Assembly: GCA_048882045.1 (NCBI GenBank)
Contig: JBHLRZ010000024.1
Span: 1 to 51,893 of the forward strand
Direction: 5' to 3'
Length of the DNA stretch: 51,893 nucleotides
DNA from: Candidatus Thorarchaeota archaeon
GTDB lineage: Archaea > Asgardarchaeota > Thorarchaeia > Thorarchaeales > Thorarchaeaceae
The position numbers and the translations under genes were made by a program. The notes below the pieces were generated by a model. That model did not search any database. It was not told the origin of the DNA and saw only the letters and a program-made list of their open reading frames with translations. Positions 1 through 9,533 of this stretch are shown piece by piece. Position 1 is the first letter of the stretch. Each line of letters starts with the position of its first letter.

Positions 1-2
1 AT

Positions 3-212
3 ATGACGTTGATCAACAGTACAATGATGCCTCAGATAGTTGTGTTGTCTATCATCTTCTTGGCTGAGCCTTTGGATATTCTCGATTGGATAGGCTTGAT
101 TCTGTTCGCTTTCTCGGTTGCAGCTGTACAGGTCATTCAAGCTTCGAAAGCAAACAACAAGAAAGAGCAGGTAAGTGCTATTCCGCAGAAGGTAGAGTTA
201 CAACAGAGTTAG
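3..212 (+). CDS. C-terminal part of an EamA/DMT family transporter (5'-truncated by window edge)
   Basis: Pattern P-x-IVVLSIIFLAE-x-L...WIGLILF is typical of EamA repeat ends. Confidence 0.7.
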   Translation: MTLINSTMMPQIVVLSIIFLAEPLDILDWIGLILFAFSVAAVQVIQASKANNKKEQVSAIPQKVELQQS

Positions 213-300
213 AGGGATGATTTCCTGTCCAACTACTATTGGGAAAGGCTAATCAGTCTAGAAGTTGTATACGTTTCCCATTGAAGGAGGATTGTTCTTG

Positions 301-828
301 TTGAGCTACGATGAGCTTCGAAAGACTGACTTGTTCGAATTCTTCAATTTCTCAGAGAGCGGAAGAAGGCGAATAAGTGGAGATATGCAAGAGATACACC
401 TCAAGCCTGGAGGATTTCAGGAATTCATAGACCTCAAAATGATAGTGGATAGGTCTCAGACAGTTCATGAAGGGGTCCTCTACCTTGACAGGGATTGGAT
501 TGGAGGTCCGATGACGATCAGCCCCTTCGGAAAAGATCTTGCGAAGAGTTTCATTGCAGCAGTGACTCCCGAAACTGACAAAGAGAAAGCCGAGCGAGTC
601 ATCTCTACAATATGGAACATTCAGGGCTCAAGTGACCATGTCATCTCGATTCAACCACACAGTCCTGAAGACCTCATTGATGAACCTCCAATTGAGAAAC
701 TAGAAAATGTATACCTGGGAGTCGAGACGAAGTTCGAGCTCGCACTTGAAAAATCTTGCATCAAAATTGAGAATGTAGTAGATGTTGGAAGGAACCGATT
801 GAAGATCACGGTGGAATCAGTCGAGTAA
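301..828 (+). CDS. Hypothetical acidic soluble protein (~175 aa)
   Basis: Long ORF with normal composition; GGAGGG SD upstream of TTG at 301 (track start 265); no motif recognised. Confidence 0.65.
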   Translation: MSYDELRKTDLFEFFNFSESGRRRISGDMQEIHLKPGGFQEFIDLKMIVDRSQTVHEGVLYLDRDWIGGPMTISPFGKDLAKSFIAAVTPETDKEKAERVISTIWNIQGSSDHVISIQPHSPEDLIDEPPIEKLENVYLGVETKFELALEKSCIKIENVVDVGRNRLKITVESVE

Positions 829-831
829 GGT

Positions 832-1119
832 TCATTGAGAGTTCCGAGCCATCATAATTGCTTTTACCAAGTCTTCAGCAGATGCTCCGATGAATGTGGC
901 TTTTGTCTTTTCAAGTACATTAGATACAGTTGTCAGTAATATATCGGCTTCTATTTTCATCCCAATAAGAGAGTTCTCAATTACTTCAATTACTTCTTCT
1001 GGATGGAGGAAAAAGTCACCAAGAATAGTGATGCTTTGAACTTTCCCAGAATCTACCCACAGCTTGATCTTGACAAGTTTTCCTCCTGGAATCTTGTAAC
1101 TTGAACTGAGCAAAAACAT
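832..1119 (-). CDS. lplB: Lipoate-protein ligase accessory (C-terminal) subunit LplB
   Basis: K-x-PGGKLV...I-x-GDFF-x-HPE motif; ATG overlaps the lplA stop (TGATG). Confidence 0.85.
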   Translation of the reverse strand: MFLLSSSYKIPGGKLVKIKLWVDSGKVQSITILGDFFLHPEEVIEVIENSLIGMKIEADILLTTVSNVLEKTKATFIGASAEDLVKAIMMARNSQ

Positions 1120-1886
1120 CACCTCGAGAAATTCCATTTCTTGGTTGCATACTTTTTCACTGCAAGTTGTTTCGCTAGCCTTTGTTCATCAGAAGTAAGG
1201 GTTCCACTTTTCAGTTTGATATCTAGTGCCTTTGAGAATCCATGCTTCAATGCATCCCGTAACTCAATCACCTCAACCTTGCGACCCAGAATATCTCGGA
1301 TTGAAGTAACACGTTCTTTAACATCTGATATCATTTTGTCAGATATTTTCTCTTGGGGGACTTTGAGAATTGAAAACATGAGCGTGACATCGAGATCTAA
1401 CAGAGTTGTTCCGTGTTGGAGGATGCATCCATGTCGTCGTGTCATCGCGTTGCCTGAGACCTTCTTTCCTCCTGCATTCACATCGTTGATCGGTTTAAAC
1501 TCAGATTCTATTCCAAGGTGATCAAGTGCTTCAATAATCCCCCCGCAAAGAAAACGATATGATTCTAGTATGTCATCATAGGCAAGCTTGTGTTGCTTTG
1601 GCATAATGATACTATATGTCACTTCTCCATCATAGTCATGAAAGACCGCTCCGCCACCGGTAATTCTCCTGATTGCATCAATTCCATTCTTCTCGCAGAA
1701 CTCAACATCAACCTCATCCGACATACTCTGGAAGGTCCCAATTGAAACAGCTGAAGGATTCCATCTGTAGAGTCTCAGTGTAGGAGGTGATTTTCCTTCT
1801 TTCATCGACAGCATGATCGCTTCATCTACCGCCATATTTGTGAATGCATCATACGTTTCCAGATCGATGAATCGAAACTCTTCCAC
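1119..1886 (-). CDS. lplA: Lipoate-protein ligase catalytic subunit LplA
   Basis: NMAVDEA, RRITGGGAVFHD, ND..GKKVSGNA, LQHGT motifs. Confidence 0.95.
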   Translation of the reverse strand: MEEFRFIDLETYDAFTNMAVDEAIMLSMKEGKSPPTLRLYRWNPSAVSIGTFQSMSDEVDVEFCEKNGIDAIRRITGGGAVFHDYDGEVTYSIIMPKQHKLAYDDILESYRFLCGGIIEALDHLGIESEFKPINDVNAGGKKVSGNAMTRRHGCILQHGTTLLDLDVTLMFSILKVPQEKISDKMISDVKERVTSIRDILGRKVEVIELRDALKHGFSKALDIKLKSGTLTSDEQRLAKQLAVKKYATKKWNFSR

Positions 1887-2876
1887 TCACTTCACCAGCT
1901 GGGTCTCCTCAATTGACTGTATAATCTGCTCTTCAGTCAGATTTGATGGATAGTTATACATCGGACCACGAGGTCTCTCATTATAGTAGGGTCGGTTGCA
2001 GCCTTTGCAACCTGTTACTTGAAAGGCTTCTCCAGATGATAAGACTTGTCGAAGCTGGTCTTTGTCAATGCTGATTGAGATTGTCCCATCCTCAGCTTCT
2101 TGAACTTGATCTCGTTTGAGAAGTCTTTTCGATACCAGCTGTCTAACTGCCTGTATCCGTCTATAGGATGATAGACTTGGGGCTTCTCTATTTTCGAGAG
2201 ATGTTCCTTTGATACGGGTGAATGCAAAAAGACCGACACTGACTCCCATTTCATACATGCTCATGATGAACTCGACTGCTTCGATTTCGGTTTCTCCCAG
2301 ACCAATGATGAGGTGAGTTGTCACACGTCCTTTGCCAAAGACGTCCAAAGCATCATTCAAACCCTCAGTATGGTTCTCCCATCGATAGGGCGAACTCCTC
2401 TTCCTGCCCTTTATTTCTTCAAACAAGCCAGGAGTACTCGCATCCAGAGCGATTCCAATATTGGAAACTCCAACTTCTTTTAGACGAACCATATCTTCTT
2501 TCGAAATGGGATGAATTGCCACTGAGATTGGGAGTTTGGAAACCTTGCGAATAGCGACCAAGATTTGTATAACATCATCCACAACTTCGGGGTAACATAG
2601 TGTCTGAACACAAATCCTTCTCAAGTGATGAAATGTCGCGAGATTTTTGATAACTTGGTCTAGATCATACTCAGGCCACGACAATCGTGATAGTCTATCC
2701 GAGGGTGATGTACTCTCTTGCGCCTGAGGACAGAAGGCACAGTTGGCGTCACACTTTCCTTCTCGATAGGTCATGAGAAAGGCGGTTGTAAAATTCGGGT
2801 CCTGATCTCCAGTTTCTAGTCCAAGCTGAATTGCGGTTCCAATAGACAGACGGACCTTATCGACCAAGACAATCAA
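1887..2876 (-). CDS. lipS2: Radical SAM protein, LipS2-type lipoyl synthase subunit
   Basis: CxxxCxxC (CDANCAFC) plus C-terminal TGCKGCNRP, close to the TxGCxxC(N/D)RP LipS2 signature; adjacent to lplAB. Confidence 0.75.
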   Translation of the reverse strand: MIVLVDKVRLSIGTAIQLGLETGDQDPNFTTAFLMTYREGKCDANCAFCPQAQESTSPSDRLSRLSWPEYDLDQVIKNLATFHHLRRICVQTLCYPEVVDDVIQILVAIRKVSKLPISVAIHPISKEDMVRLKEVGVSNIGIALDASTPGLFEEIKGRKRSSPYRWENHTEGLNDALDVFGKGRVTTHLIIGLGETEIEAVEFIMSMYEMGVSVGLFAFTRIKGTSLENREAPSLSSYRRIQAVRQLVSKRLLKRDQVQEAEDGTISISIDKDQLRQVLSSGEAFQVTGCKGCNRPYYNERPRGPMYNYPSNLTEEQIIQSIEETQLVK

Positions 2877-2902
2877 ACACCTTAGAATTCATTTGGCTTT
2901 AA

Positions 2903-3847
2903 TCATGTTGTTCTGGTTTTTATCTCAAGCTGACAAAGGTCTCCCTCTTGTATTATTCCTGTGAACTGGTCATATTCTTTGGGAACCAGTACGAGGGGAG
3001 GTACAGCCTTCTTTGTGTACAGTTCTGGGTAGATGAAACAAGAGAGACCTCGTAAGCTGCTCCCGTCAAGTGAAGATGTTATTGCAGGGACAGTGAGAAA
3101 ATGATTCGATTCTGTTATTGTGCCAACGGGATTTCTTGCAAGGTACACCTGTGTATTCGCCTTGATATCTAGTCCTCCTACAACCCCTCCCTGTTTATAG
3201 TGCGATATACCTCCATCCAGAATTCCCAGTTTCATGTCTTTTCGATTCTTCGCCGCAAGACCGATGAGACCAGAAATTGAAACATGCTCTATGTTTTTTG
3301 GGAATCCCTTGACAAAGTCCTTTGTCACCTGAATGACCTCGAACTCAATTTCCGCTGACGGTTTGGTTCCTTCACTTGAAGAGTAATGGAAAATCTGCTT
3401 GAAAGTATACGATTGACTTGACCTTTCAAACGATTCTAAAGGCATCACCTCTACATGATAGTGGGGACCTGTCCAGTAGTTGAAGAAACGAGAGCGTAAT
3501 GTTTCACCTATTTCATCTCCAGCTTCGACTAGATCTCCGACAACTACTGTTGGTTTGCAATGTAGGATACGGACAATGTCAGTAAGTGAATGCTCGGGTT
3601 GGATTGCAATACCGAAGTCATGGTCTTCAGTAGGGAACTCTTTTGGGTGACCCATCTTCATCTTTTTGATCTTGACTACTTTCCCAGTAGCTGGAGAAGC
3701 AACAATGTCTGCCCATGACTGATGATATGGGTAGATGTCAACAGAAGATCCCTGTCCATGGCTAATGTAGGGGCTATTGTAGAATGAGAAGTAGGAATTG
3801 TCTGGAGCGTAGATTTCAGTTTCAGATGCAATTCCCACTACTCGCAT
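2903..3847 (-). CDS. M23/LytM-like (duplicated hybrid motif) putative Zn-metallohydrolase
   Basis: H(GQGSSV)D, SPATGKV, V-x-VGD-x-V-x-AGD-x-IG and GPHYH (HxH); no signal peptide. Confidence 0.55.
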   Translation of the reverse strand: MRVVGIASETEIYAPDNSYFSFYNSPYISHGQGSSVDIYPYHQSWADIVASPATGKVVKIKKMKMGHPKEFPTEDHDFGIAIQPEHSLTDIVRILHCKPTVVVGDLVEAGDEIGETLRSRFFNYWTGPHYHVEVMPLESFERSSQSYTFKQIFHYSSSEGTKPSAEIEFEVIQVTKDFVKGFPKNIEHVSISGLIGLAAKNRKDMKLGILDGGISHYKQGGVVGGLDIKANTQVYLARNPVGTITESNHFLTVPAITSSLDGSSLRGLSCFIYPELYTKKAVPPLVLVPKEYDQFTGIIQEGDLCQLEIKTRTT

Positions 3848-3893
3848 TTCCTACACCTTCCTCCTTATGGAGTTGAAGGAGCAGTTGTTAACT

Positions 3894-5264
3894 CTATGCT
3901 TCCTTTGCTGCAGCGTAAATCGGAACAAGCTTTGCCTTCCAAGCATCTAAGCCCTTCGGTGAGTTGGGATACTCGCTATAGACAGCCCGAATATCATTCA
4001 TGAGGTCCGCAACTTTGGACACACGTCGGAGAAGAGGTATATTCCCGAACCCAGATAGCAGTCTCATGAACTTCTCGCCAATTCCAAACCTGACCTCTCC
4101 AGTCATTGATGTGTCGAGAAGATCACTAGCCTTTATGACCTGCTTCCTAAAAGCAAAGTCAATGTCCTCGTTTGTAACATTGAGTAGGAACCATCTGAAG
4201 ACATCAAGTGCTGCTTGTTTTGTTCCATAGCTCTTGTGATATCGTGGGTTGTAGTCCCAAAGTGCTTCGATTGATGTGTCATTCTTTTCGAGTGCTTCTG
4301 AAGCTACGATTCCCGCGTGAGCACCACCGAGAAGTGAAGAGCCAATGCCTCCACCATGAATTGGATTCACCTGGCAGGCTGCATCGCCTACAAGCATGAA
4401 GTTGTCGTCAACCATCGTGTCAATGGGTCTACGAATTGGAGCAACTCCTCCGCTGCTATCAAGGACTTTGACTTCTCCCCATTTGTCAATCCAGGTCTTC
4501 TTCACAAAGTCATACTGGATGTCCTTTGGGTTTCGATGGCCCTCAATCGTCATGACTCCATTTCCAACATTGACCCTGTTCTTGCCCTGTGGGAAGACCC
4601 AGGTATATCCTCCAAGAGTTTCGTCCTGATTCCAAAAGATCTCAAGAATATCAGGGGTTTCAAAGTCGAAATCTGGGGTCTCGTAGATGTCACGCCAAGC
4701 AACCATCCTGTCCTCACTTGCAACCTGACGCTCTACAGGCGAAGTTTCAGGGAGTTGCATTCTAAGCATTCCAGTAGCACCTGTAGCATCAACCACAATA
4801 CGACCTGTAACGTCTTTTTCTGTGCTACCTTCCTCAGCGAGCCTGACTCCTGCTACTTTTCCACCATCAAATACTAGCTTTTTGACACGAGTTGATGCCA
4901 TGACCTCCGCGCCAGCAGACTCCGCAAGTCCAACAAACCACTGACCCATCTTGAGTCTATTGAATGACATTCCTGTTGTTGTTGGACCTTGCATTCTTAG
5001 TCTGTGCTCACGGTCTGGAGCTATCAGATCAATCCCATTGACCGTATACTCAACAATACCCTTTGGCATTTGAGGTATTCCAACCAGTTCTCTCAACTCT
5101 TCAACATGGTGTGACCCAAGTGCGTCTCCACAGGTCTTGTTCCCAATGTTGTCTCTTTCCTTTCTGTCTATGAGAAGTACTGAATGACCTCTCTTAGCAA
5201 GTGTGTACGCAGTGGTTGCTCCTCCTGTTCCAGCACCTGCAACAATAACATCATAGTCAGTCAT
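3894..5264 (-). CDS. Geranylgeranyl reductase family FAD oxidoreductase (DGGGPL reductase-like or LipT-like)
   Basis: GAGTGG Rossmann motif, K-x-CGD, GGYTWVFP (YxWxFP), VGDAA..VNP..GGGI. Confidence 0.9.
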   Translation of the reverse strand: MTDYDVIVAGAGTGGATTAYTLAKRGHSVLLIDRKERDNIGNKTCGDALGSHHVEELRELVGIPQMPKGIVEYTVNGIDLIAPDREHRLRMQGPTTTGMSFNRLKMGQWFVGLAESAGAEVMASTRVKKLVFDGGKVAGVRLAEEGSTEKDVTGRIVVDATGATGMLRMQLPETSPVERQVASEDRMVAWRDIYETPDFDFETPDILEIFWNQDETLGGYTWVFPQGKNRVNVGNGVMTIEGHRNPKDIQYDFVKKTWIDKWGEVKVLDSSGGVAPIRRPIDTMVDDNFMLVGDAACQVNPIHGGGIGSSLLGGAHAGIVASEALEKNDTSIEALWDYNPRYHKSYGTKQAALDVFRWFLLNVTNEDIDFAFRKQVIKASDLLDTSMTGEVRFGIGEKFMRLLSGFGNIPLLRRVSKVADLMNDIRAVYSEYPNSPKGLDAWKAKLVPIYAAAKEA

Positions 5265-5267
5265 GAA

Positions 5268-6002
5268 TCAAACCTTCCTTGACATCTCCCAAGTCTGTTC
5301 TAGAAAACCTTCCAGCTGCATCGATATAAGCGGATTGTCTGCCCAACCACACACGCTGAGGTCTGGCATCGAAATCAATGCTTCAACTGAATCAATCACT
5401 AAGTCAATAGCTAGTGTTTCCTCCTTGACACGCTGTTGGAATTTTGGAATCTTGAGATCACTCTTCACTGCAAGAATGGACTTGATCTCGATCCCTCTCT
5501 GTCCTGCTTCTTTCAGAGCCTCAATGATTGAGTCCTCGAAGTCACTGAGGTCAGGTGCTACAAGAAGTATTGTCGAGGCGGCTCTCTCAATCATTGACTG
5601 CATTTTCGCAGTCACATCAGCACTTCCTCGTATGGTATAGATGAGAGAAGGAACTGCACTCTTGGACTCCCTTGCTTCTTGGAGCTTCATAAGATCCTCC
5701 AGCAGATTCTTGAGCTTTGCAGTCAACATCTCCTTGAGATGGTCCAGAGGTGCAAACTGGTAGACCTTTGGGCGCCCCTGGTGTACAACGACATAGCCTT
5801 TTCCAACAAGTGTATCAAGCACTGCATAGAGATTCGCATGGTGTATGCCAGTCTCGTCTGAGAGAACCGCTACTGTTGCAGACTCGATTCTATTTAGAGC
5901 GAGAATAACAGCAGACTCATGCGCACCAAATCCGAGCTCACGTAGTGTCGTACCAGCTCGTATACTGATCTCATCTGCAGGTTTAACACTTGAAAGACCC
6001 AT
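5268..6002 (-). CDS. TrmB family transcriptional regulator
   Basis: L..LG...E, HTH, LY..L..L..KG..GRPKVY; C-terminal effector domain (A..RG, IVD-like). Confidence 0.9.
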   Translation of the reverse strand: MGLSSVKPADEISIRAGTTLRELGFGAHESAVILALNRIESATVAVLSDETGIHHANLYAVLDTLVGKGYVVVHQGRPKVYQFAPLDHLKEMLTAKLKNLLEDLMKLQEARESKSAVPSLIYTIRGSADVTAKMQSMIERAASTILLVAPDLSDFEDSIIEALKEAGQRGIEIKSILAVKSDLKIPKFQQRVKEETLAIDLVIDSVEALISMPDLSVCGWADNPLISMQLEGFLEQTWEMSRKV

Positions 6003-6041
6003 TTTGTTCAGAAAATTATGTGCAATTACTACTTAAAAGCA

Positions 6042-6962
6042 CTACGGTGCGAACCCGGTCAGAATCTCTTTAGTGACGTCCCGTGCTGCAGTGGCTGTCA
6101 GATCGGTTTTGTCTATCAAAGGGTTCAACTCGACGATGTCGACGAATCTTACCTTTCCTGTGGAAAAGGCTGCTCGAAGTGCTTTGACGAGATCGATAAT
6201 AGATAGACCACCTGATTCAGGATGACTGACACCGGGAGCTATCTCAGGTGATAGTACATCCAAGTCTATGGACATGTATAGTTCATCAACATTTTTCCCG
6301 ATGGTCTTTATCCTAGTAGCAAATCCATCAAGCGAGAGCTTAGGAAGCGCACTCCCTGTGAGTTCATTTCGTTGTTCTGGAAGAGCCGATCTCAGGTCAT
6401 ATGCTGCAATATCTTCTATTCTCACTAGTCCATCATCCACGATTCGTCTAACTGTCGTTGCGTGTGAGAGCTGGTATCCTCCCATGTCAGAATAGAGGTC
6501 TGCATGTGCGTCAAGATAGACAAGGCCATATCGACCCTGCCGACCTCTTGTGAGACCTTTAAGAATCGGATAGGTAATGAAGTGGTCACCTCCAAGGAAT
6601 AACAATCTACTATCCTTTTTTGCCAATTTGGCAGCGGCTTCGGAGATGTCTATTGAAGCAGCCTCAGGAAGTCGCATCATGACCTCGAGGTCTCCTACAT
6701 CCTCCAGTGTCATTCTCTTGGAAAGAGGCATTTCTTCAGCAGTCTTTCTATCAAGTGAAAGAGGATAGCTGTGAGACCTCTCACTGTCAGTTGCCTTGCG
6801 TATAGTATCGGGACCGAACCTTGCACCTGGCATATAGCTGGAGGTCAAATCATATGGAACTCCAACTACACCTACATCAGGCAGACCTGATTCAGGTTCA
6901 GGTATTCCAAAGAAGGTTCTCGGCAACCTGAGATACCCATTGAGTTCATCCTTGAGAGGCAT
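6042..6962 (-). CDS. speB: Agmatinase/ureohydrolase family protein
   Basis: GVPYD, PGARFGP, GGDH, DAHAD, SIDLDVL, APG, DIVE-x-NP motifs. Confidence 0.85.
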   Translation of the reverse strand: MPLKDELNGYLRLPRTFFGIPEPESGLPDVGVVGVPYDLTSSYMPGARFGPDTIRKATDSERSHSYPLSLDRKTAEEMPLSKRMTLEDVGDLEVMMRLPEAASIDISEAAAKLAKKDSRLLFLGGDHFITYPILKGLTRGRQGRYGLVYLDAHADLYSDMGGYQLSHATTVRRIVDDGLVRIEDIAAYDLRSALPEQRNELTGSALPKLSLDGFATRIKTIGKNVDELYMSIDLDVLSPEIAPGVSHPESGGLSIIDLVKALRAAFSTGKVRFVDIVELNPLIDKTDLTATAARDVTKEILTGFAP

Positions 6963-7017
6963 GAGGTTTTGTGGTCTTCAGTTCAAGATAAAGATGATGT
7001 AGAAAAAGAAGAGAGAG

Positions 7018-7047
7018 GATCCCTGCTGAGAGAACTCAACAGAGATC
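7018..7047 (-). terminator. 13-bp stem hairpin followed by pyrimidine/U tract
   Basis: Minus strand GATCTCTGTTGAG-TTCT-CTCAGCAGGGATC (two G-U pairs, viable only on minus strand), then CTCTCTCTTCTTTTT; directly downstream of the 562-aa gene. Confidence 0.7.
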
Positions 7048-7057
7048 TTGTCATTGA

Positions 7058-8746
7058 TTAGACTTGATAGGTTCCGCCACCACGACCTCGAGCCATCATT
7101 ACAATGTTCACGATAGTACCTATCCCGACAACACCAATGATTAGGCCTGTGAAAGGCATTCCATCGTTGATTATCTGTTGTAGCAATGCAAGTGGGTCTG
7201 AAGTCACTGTGTATCCATCGATGTGAGTATGCTTGTAGTACGTAGTTCCATTGTAGTCGTATGACCCCTCTGCAGGTGCAAACGCGTATACTCCTTCATT
7301 CGGAAAGGTGACAGTATACGTAATTGTAAGCGTTGCATCAGCTGCAAGAACTGTGGAATTGTCATACTGATCCCCGATAACATCGACAGTCTGGTAGGTC
7401 GTGCCTATCATCAGATCTTGAACACTCACATTGTAGATTGGTACGAGTCCCTCATTATGAACTGTCACTGTGATGTCTGCTGTTCCACCAGCGGCTAAAA
7501 TATCAGGGTCAATCCCTGTAGGATCGAACGACCTCGTAATGGTCACTAACGGTGGGAAGCTTCCTTCATCGAAGTTCAAAATGTAGTCTGGTTCGTTAGT
7601 GAACTGTGTTGCATTCCAGAAGACTAAGCTAGCATTAGCGTCGTAGTAAGATGCATTCACACCCACAGGTGAGTATCCAGTCACGTTCACACCAGGTACA
7701 AATGCAGCGACCAGTGATTGTCCTGTAGCTAGACCATTCACAGTAACACTTGGACTTTTGCCTAGCAGGTCTTCGAATATTTTCAATTCGACGTCTGATG
7801 TCGATAAGACTTGATCTCCTAGGTACCCTGCGGCTGCGATAGCCATTGGTCCATCCAGAACTGGCATTTGCGACAGGAGGAACGAGGAAACACTTGTTGG
7901 GTTTGAACCACCACCTCCACCAAAACCGCCGATCAGATCCATTAGGTTACCCATGTCAGGTACAGCCAAGATTCCAGCGCCGGATGCCCTTGCGGTGTAG
8001 AATACTGACCTGTCTATTGATGCAAGAAAACCTGTTTGATCCATGACATCCAGGACACTATCTACTGCATCTTCGAACTCGTTTGTTACCTGATAGATGA
8101 AGAGGTTGATGCTTGTGAATGGAAGGTCAACAGGTTCACCTACCATACTCTGAATAAGCTCCTCAGTAATTTCTAGATTCACTAGTTCTGCAAACGAGAA
8201 ATCGAAACTATTGTGTAGATGAGTTCTGATTTCAGCCATTTTGGCTTGAGCATCATCTACATTAATGAAGACATCAATGAGCAGATTGAAGTCTGTTCCC
8301 AACATATCGAAGATTGACTGGAATCCTCCTTCACCACCACCAAATGGAAATTGATTGATCATGAAGTCCTCATCTGCGAAATTCATTCCTGAGAAGTTGA
8401 AGAGGTTCGCTCCAAAGACGTCCATCATGTAGTCTAAGAGTTCTCCTTGGGTAGCAATCAGTGCGGTGACAACACATCCTTCATACATTTCACCAGGACC
8501 TGAGTACTGTAATCCTAATGCTCCGGATGGTATTCCAAGTTGTCCATAGACTACAGCAGGCTCACCATCGGGGCTTATCATAGCCGCGACTACCTCTGCA
8601 CCTTCATCAAGTAGATTGAAGAAGAAATCTGGTCCACCATCCTGTGCTATTACTGCACTACCAGTATTCAATGCAGACACAGGAAGTGCTGAAAGTAGGA
8701 AACCAAGTGCGATTACAATGAATGCGTGCTTTTTGTTGAGTTTCAT
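7058..8746 (-). CDS. Secreted, C-terminally anchored surface glycoprotein with CARDB/DUF11-like Ig domain
   Basis: Signal peptide (MKLNKKH + hydrophobic + VSA), acidic body, ITVTVHNEG...NVSVQD Ig-like motif, many N-x-S/T sequons, C-terminal TM. Confidence 0.75.
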   Translation of the reverse strand: MKLNKKHAFIVIALGFLLSALPVSALNTGSAVIAQDGGPDFFFNLLDEGAEVVAAMISPDGEPAVVYGQLGIPSGALGLQYSGPGEMYEGCVVTALIATQGELLDYMMDVFGANLFNFSGMNFADEDFMINQFPFGGGEGGFQSIFDMLGTDFNLLIDVFINVDDAQAKMAEIRTHLHNSFDFSFAELVNLEITEELIQSMVGEPVDLPFTSINLFIYQVTNEFEDAVDSVLDVMDQTGFLASIDRSVFYTARASGAGILAVPDMGNLMDLIGGFGGGGGSNPTSVSSFLLSQMPVLDGPMAIAAAGYLGDQVLSTSDVELKIFEDLLGKSPSVTVNGLATGQSLVAAFVPGVNVTGYSPVGVNASYYDANASLVFWNATQFTNEPDYILNFDEGSFPPLVTITRSFDPTGIDPDILAAGGTADITVTVHNEGLVPIYNVSVQDLMIGTTYQTVDVIGDQYDNSTVLAADATLTITYTVTFPNEGVYAFAPAEGSYDYNGTTYYKHTHIDGYTVTSDPLALLQQIINDGMPFTGLIIGVVGIGTIVNIVMMARGRGGGTYQV

Positions 8747-8747
8747 T

Positions 8748-9335
8748 TTAGAAGTCCTCCTTTGGTCGGATTACTGCTCCAACGATAGCAGCCACTATTA
8801 CAATGATAGCTGGTGTAAGGAACCAAATTATGAGTGGTGTGGCAAGTGCCAATAATACATTCATATCGAGTCCACCGCCGCCAGAGAAGATCCCAGATAT
8901 CATTGGAACCATATCCGAAATCAATCCTTGGATTAATGGTATCGAAAGAATGTCAACGATTGAAGATCCAGGTGGTATGACAAACGAGCCTAGTGTAAGA
9001 GCTCCTTGAAATACTAGATAGATACACAGGATTAATAGTCCAATACTGGACAACCAAGTCACAAGACCAACAACAAATGCACCTTTTTTGGTCCCAGCCA
9101 TAATCCCTCCGACAAAGCCAGCTCCTGCCCATACAGCGACCATGGTGAAGTTACTCATCGGATTGACAAGTATCAGATTGACCATGACTGCAGTTGGCCT
9201 CACATAGTTTCCGAAATGAGGTGCGAAGATGGCAATTACCGATTCATAACCATCCGGCAGTAGGAACCAACCTCCAATTAGGACTATAACCATGGCAATT
9301 AGCCATCCAAACCATTTGCTAGAAAATGATGACGT
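8748..9335 (-). CDS. Multi-pass membrane protein, hypothetical (start uncertain: ATG 9293 or upstream non-canonical)
   Basis: ~4 hydrophobic segments; frame stays open upstream to a strong AGGAGGT SD; 1 nt from the downstream gene. Confidence 0.7.
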   Translation of the reverse strand, partial: TSSFSSKWFGWLIAMVIVLIGGWFLLPDGYESVIAIFAPHFGNYVRPTAVMVNLILVNPMSNFTMVAVWAGAGFVGGIMAGTKKGAFVVGLVTWLSSIGLLILCIYLVFQGALTLGSFVIPPGSSIVDILSIPLIQGLISDMVPMISGIFSGGGGLDMNVLLALATPLIIWFLTPAIIVIVAAIVGAVIRPKEDF

Positions 9336-9533
9336 AGCATATACCTCCTAAAGAGTAGGTTCTGACTCTCATCAATTGTTTATACATTAATAACGGTTTG
9401 TCCTATGTCACCCTTCGGAAAATCGGAACCTCTGTAGCTAGGGATTCGCAACAGAGATATAGTCCTGAATCCAATGTTCTGCTGTCTAAAAGCGCAAAAA
9501 TGATGTGTTCAACAGGACACAAACAAGGTAATA

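Noticed and set aside
3640-3700. KMKM in the M23-like protein as a biotin/lipoyl attachment site
   Set aside because: It lies after, not before, the SP..G.V strand, so it does not match carrier-domain geometry
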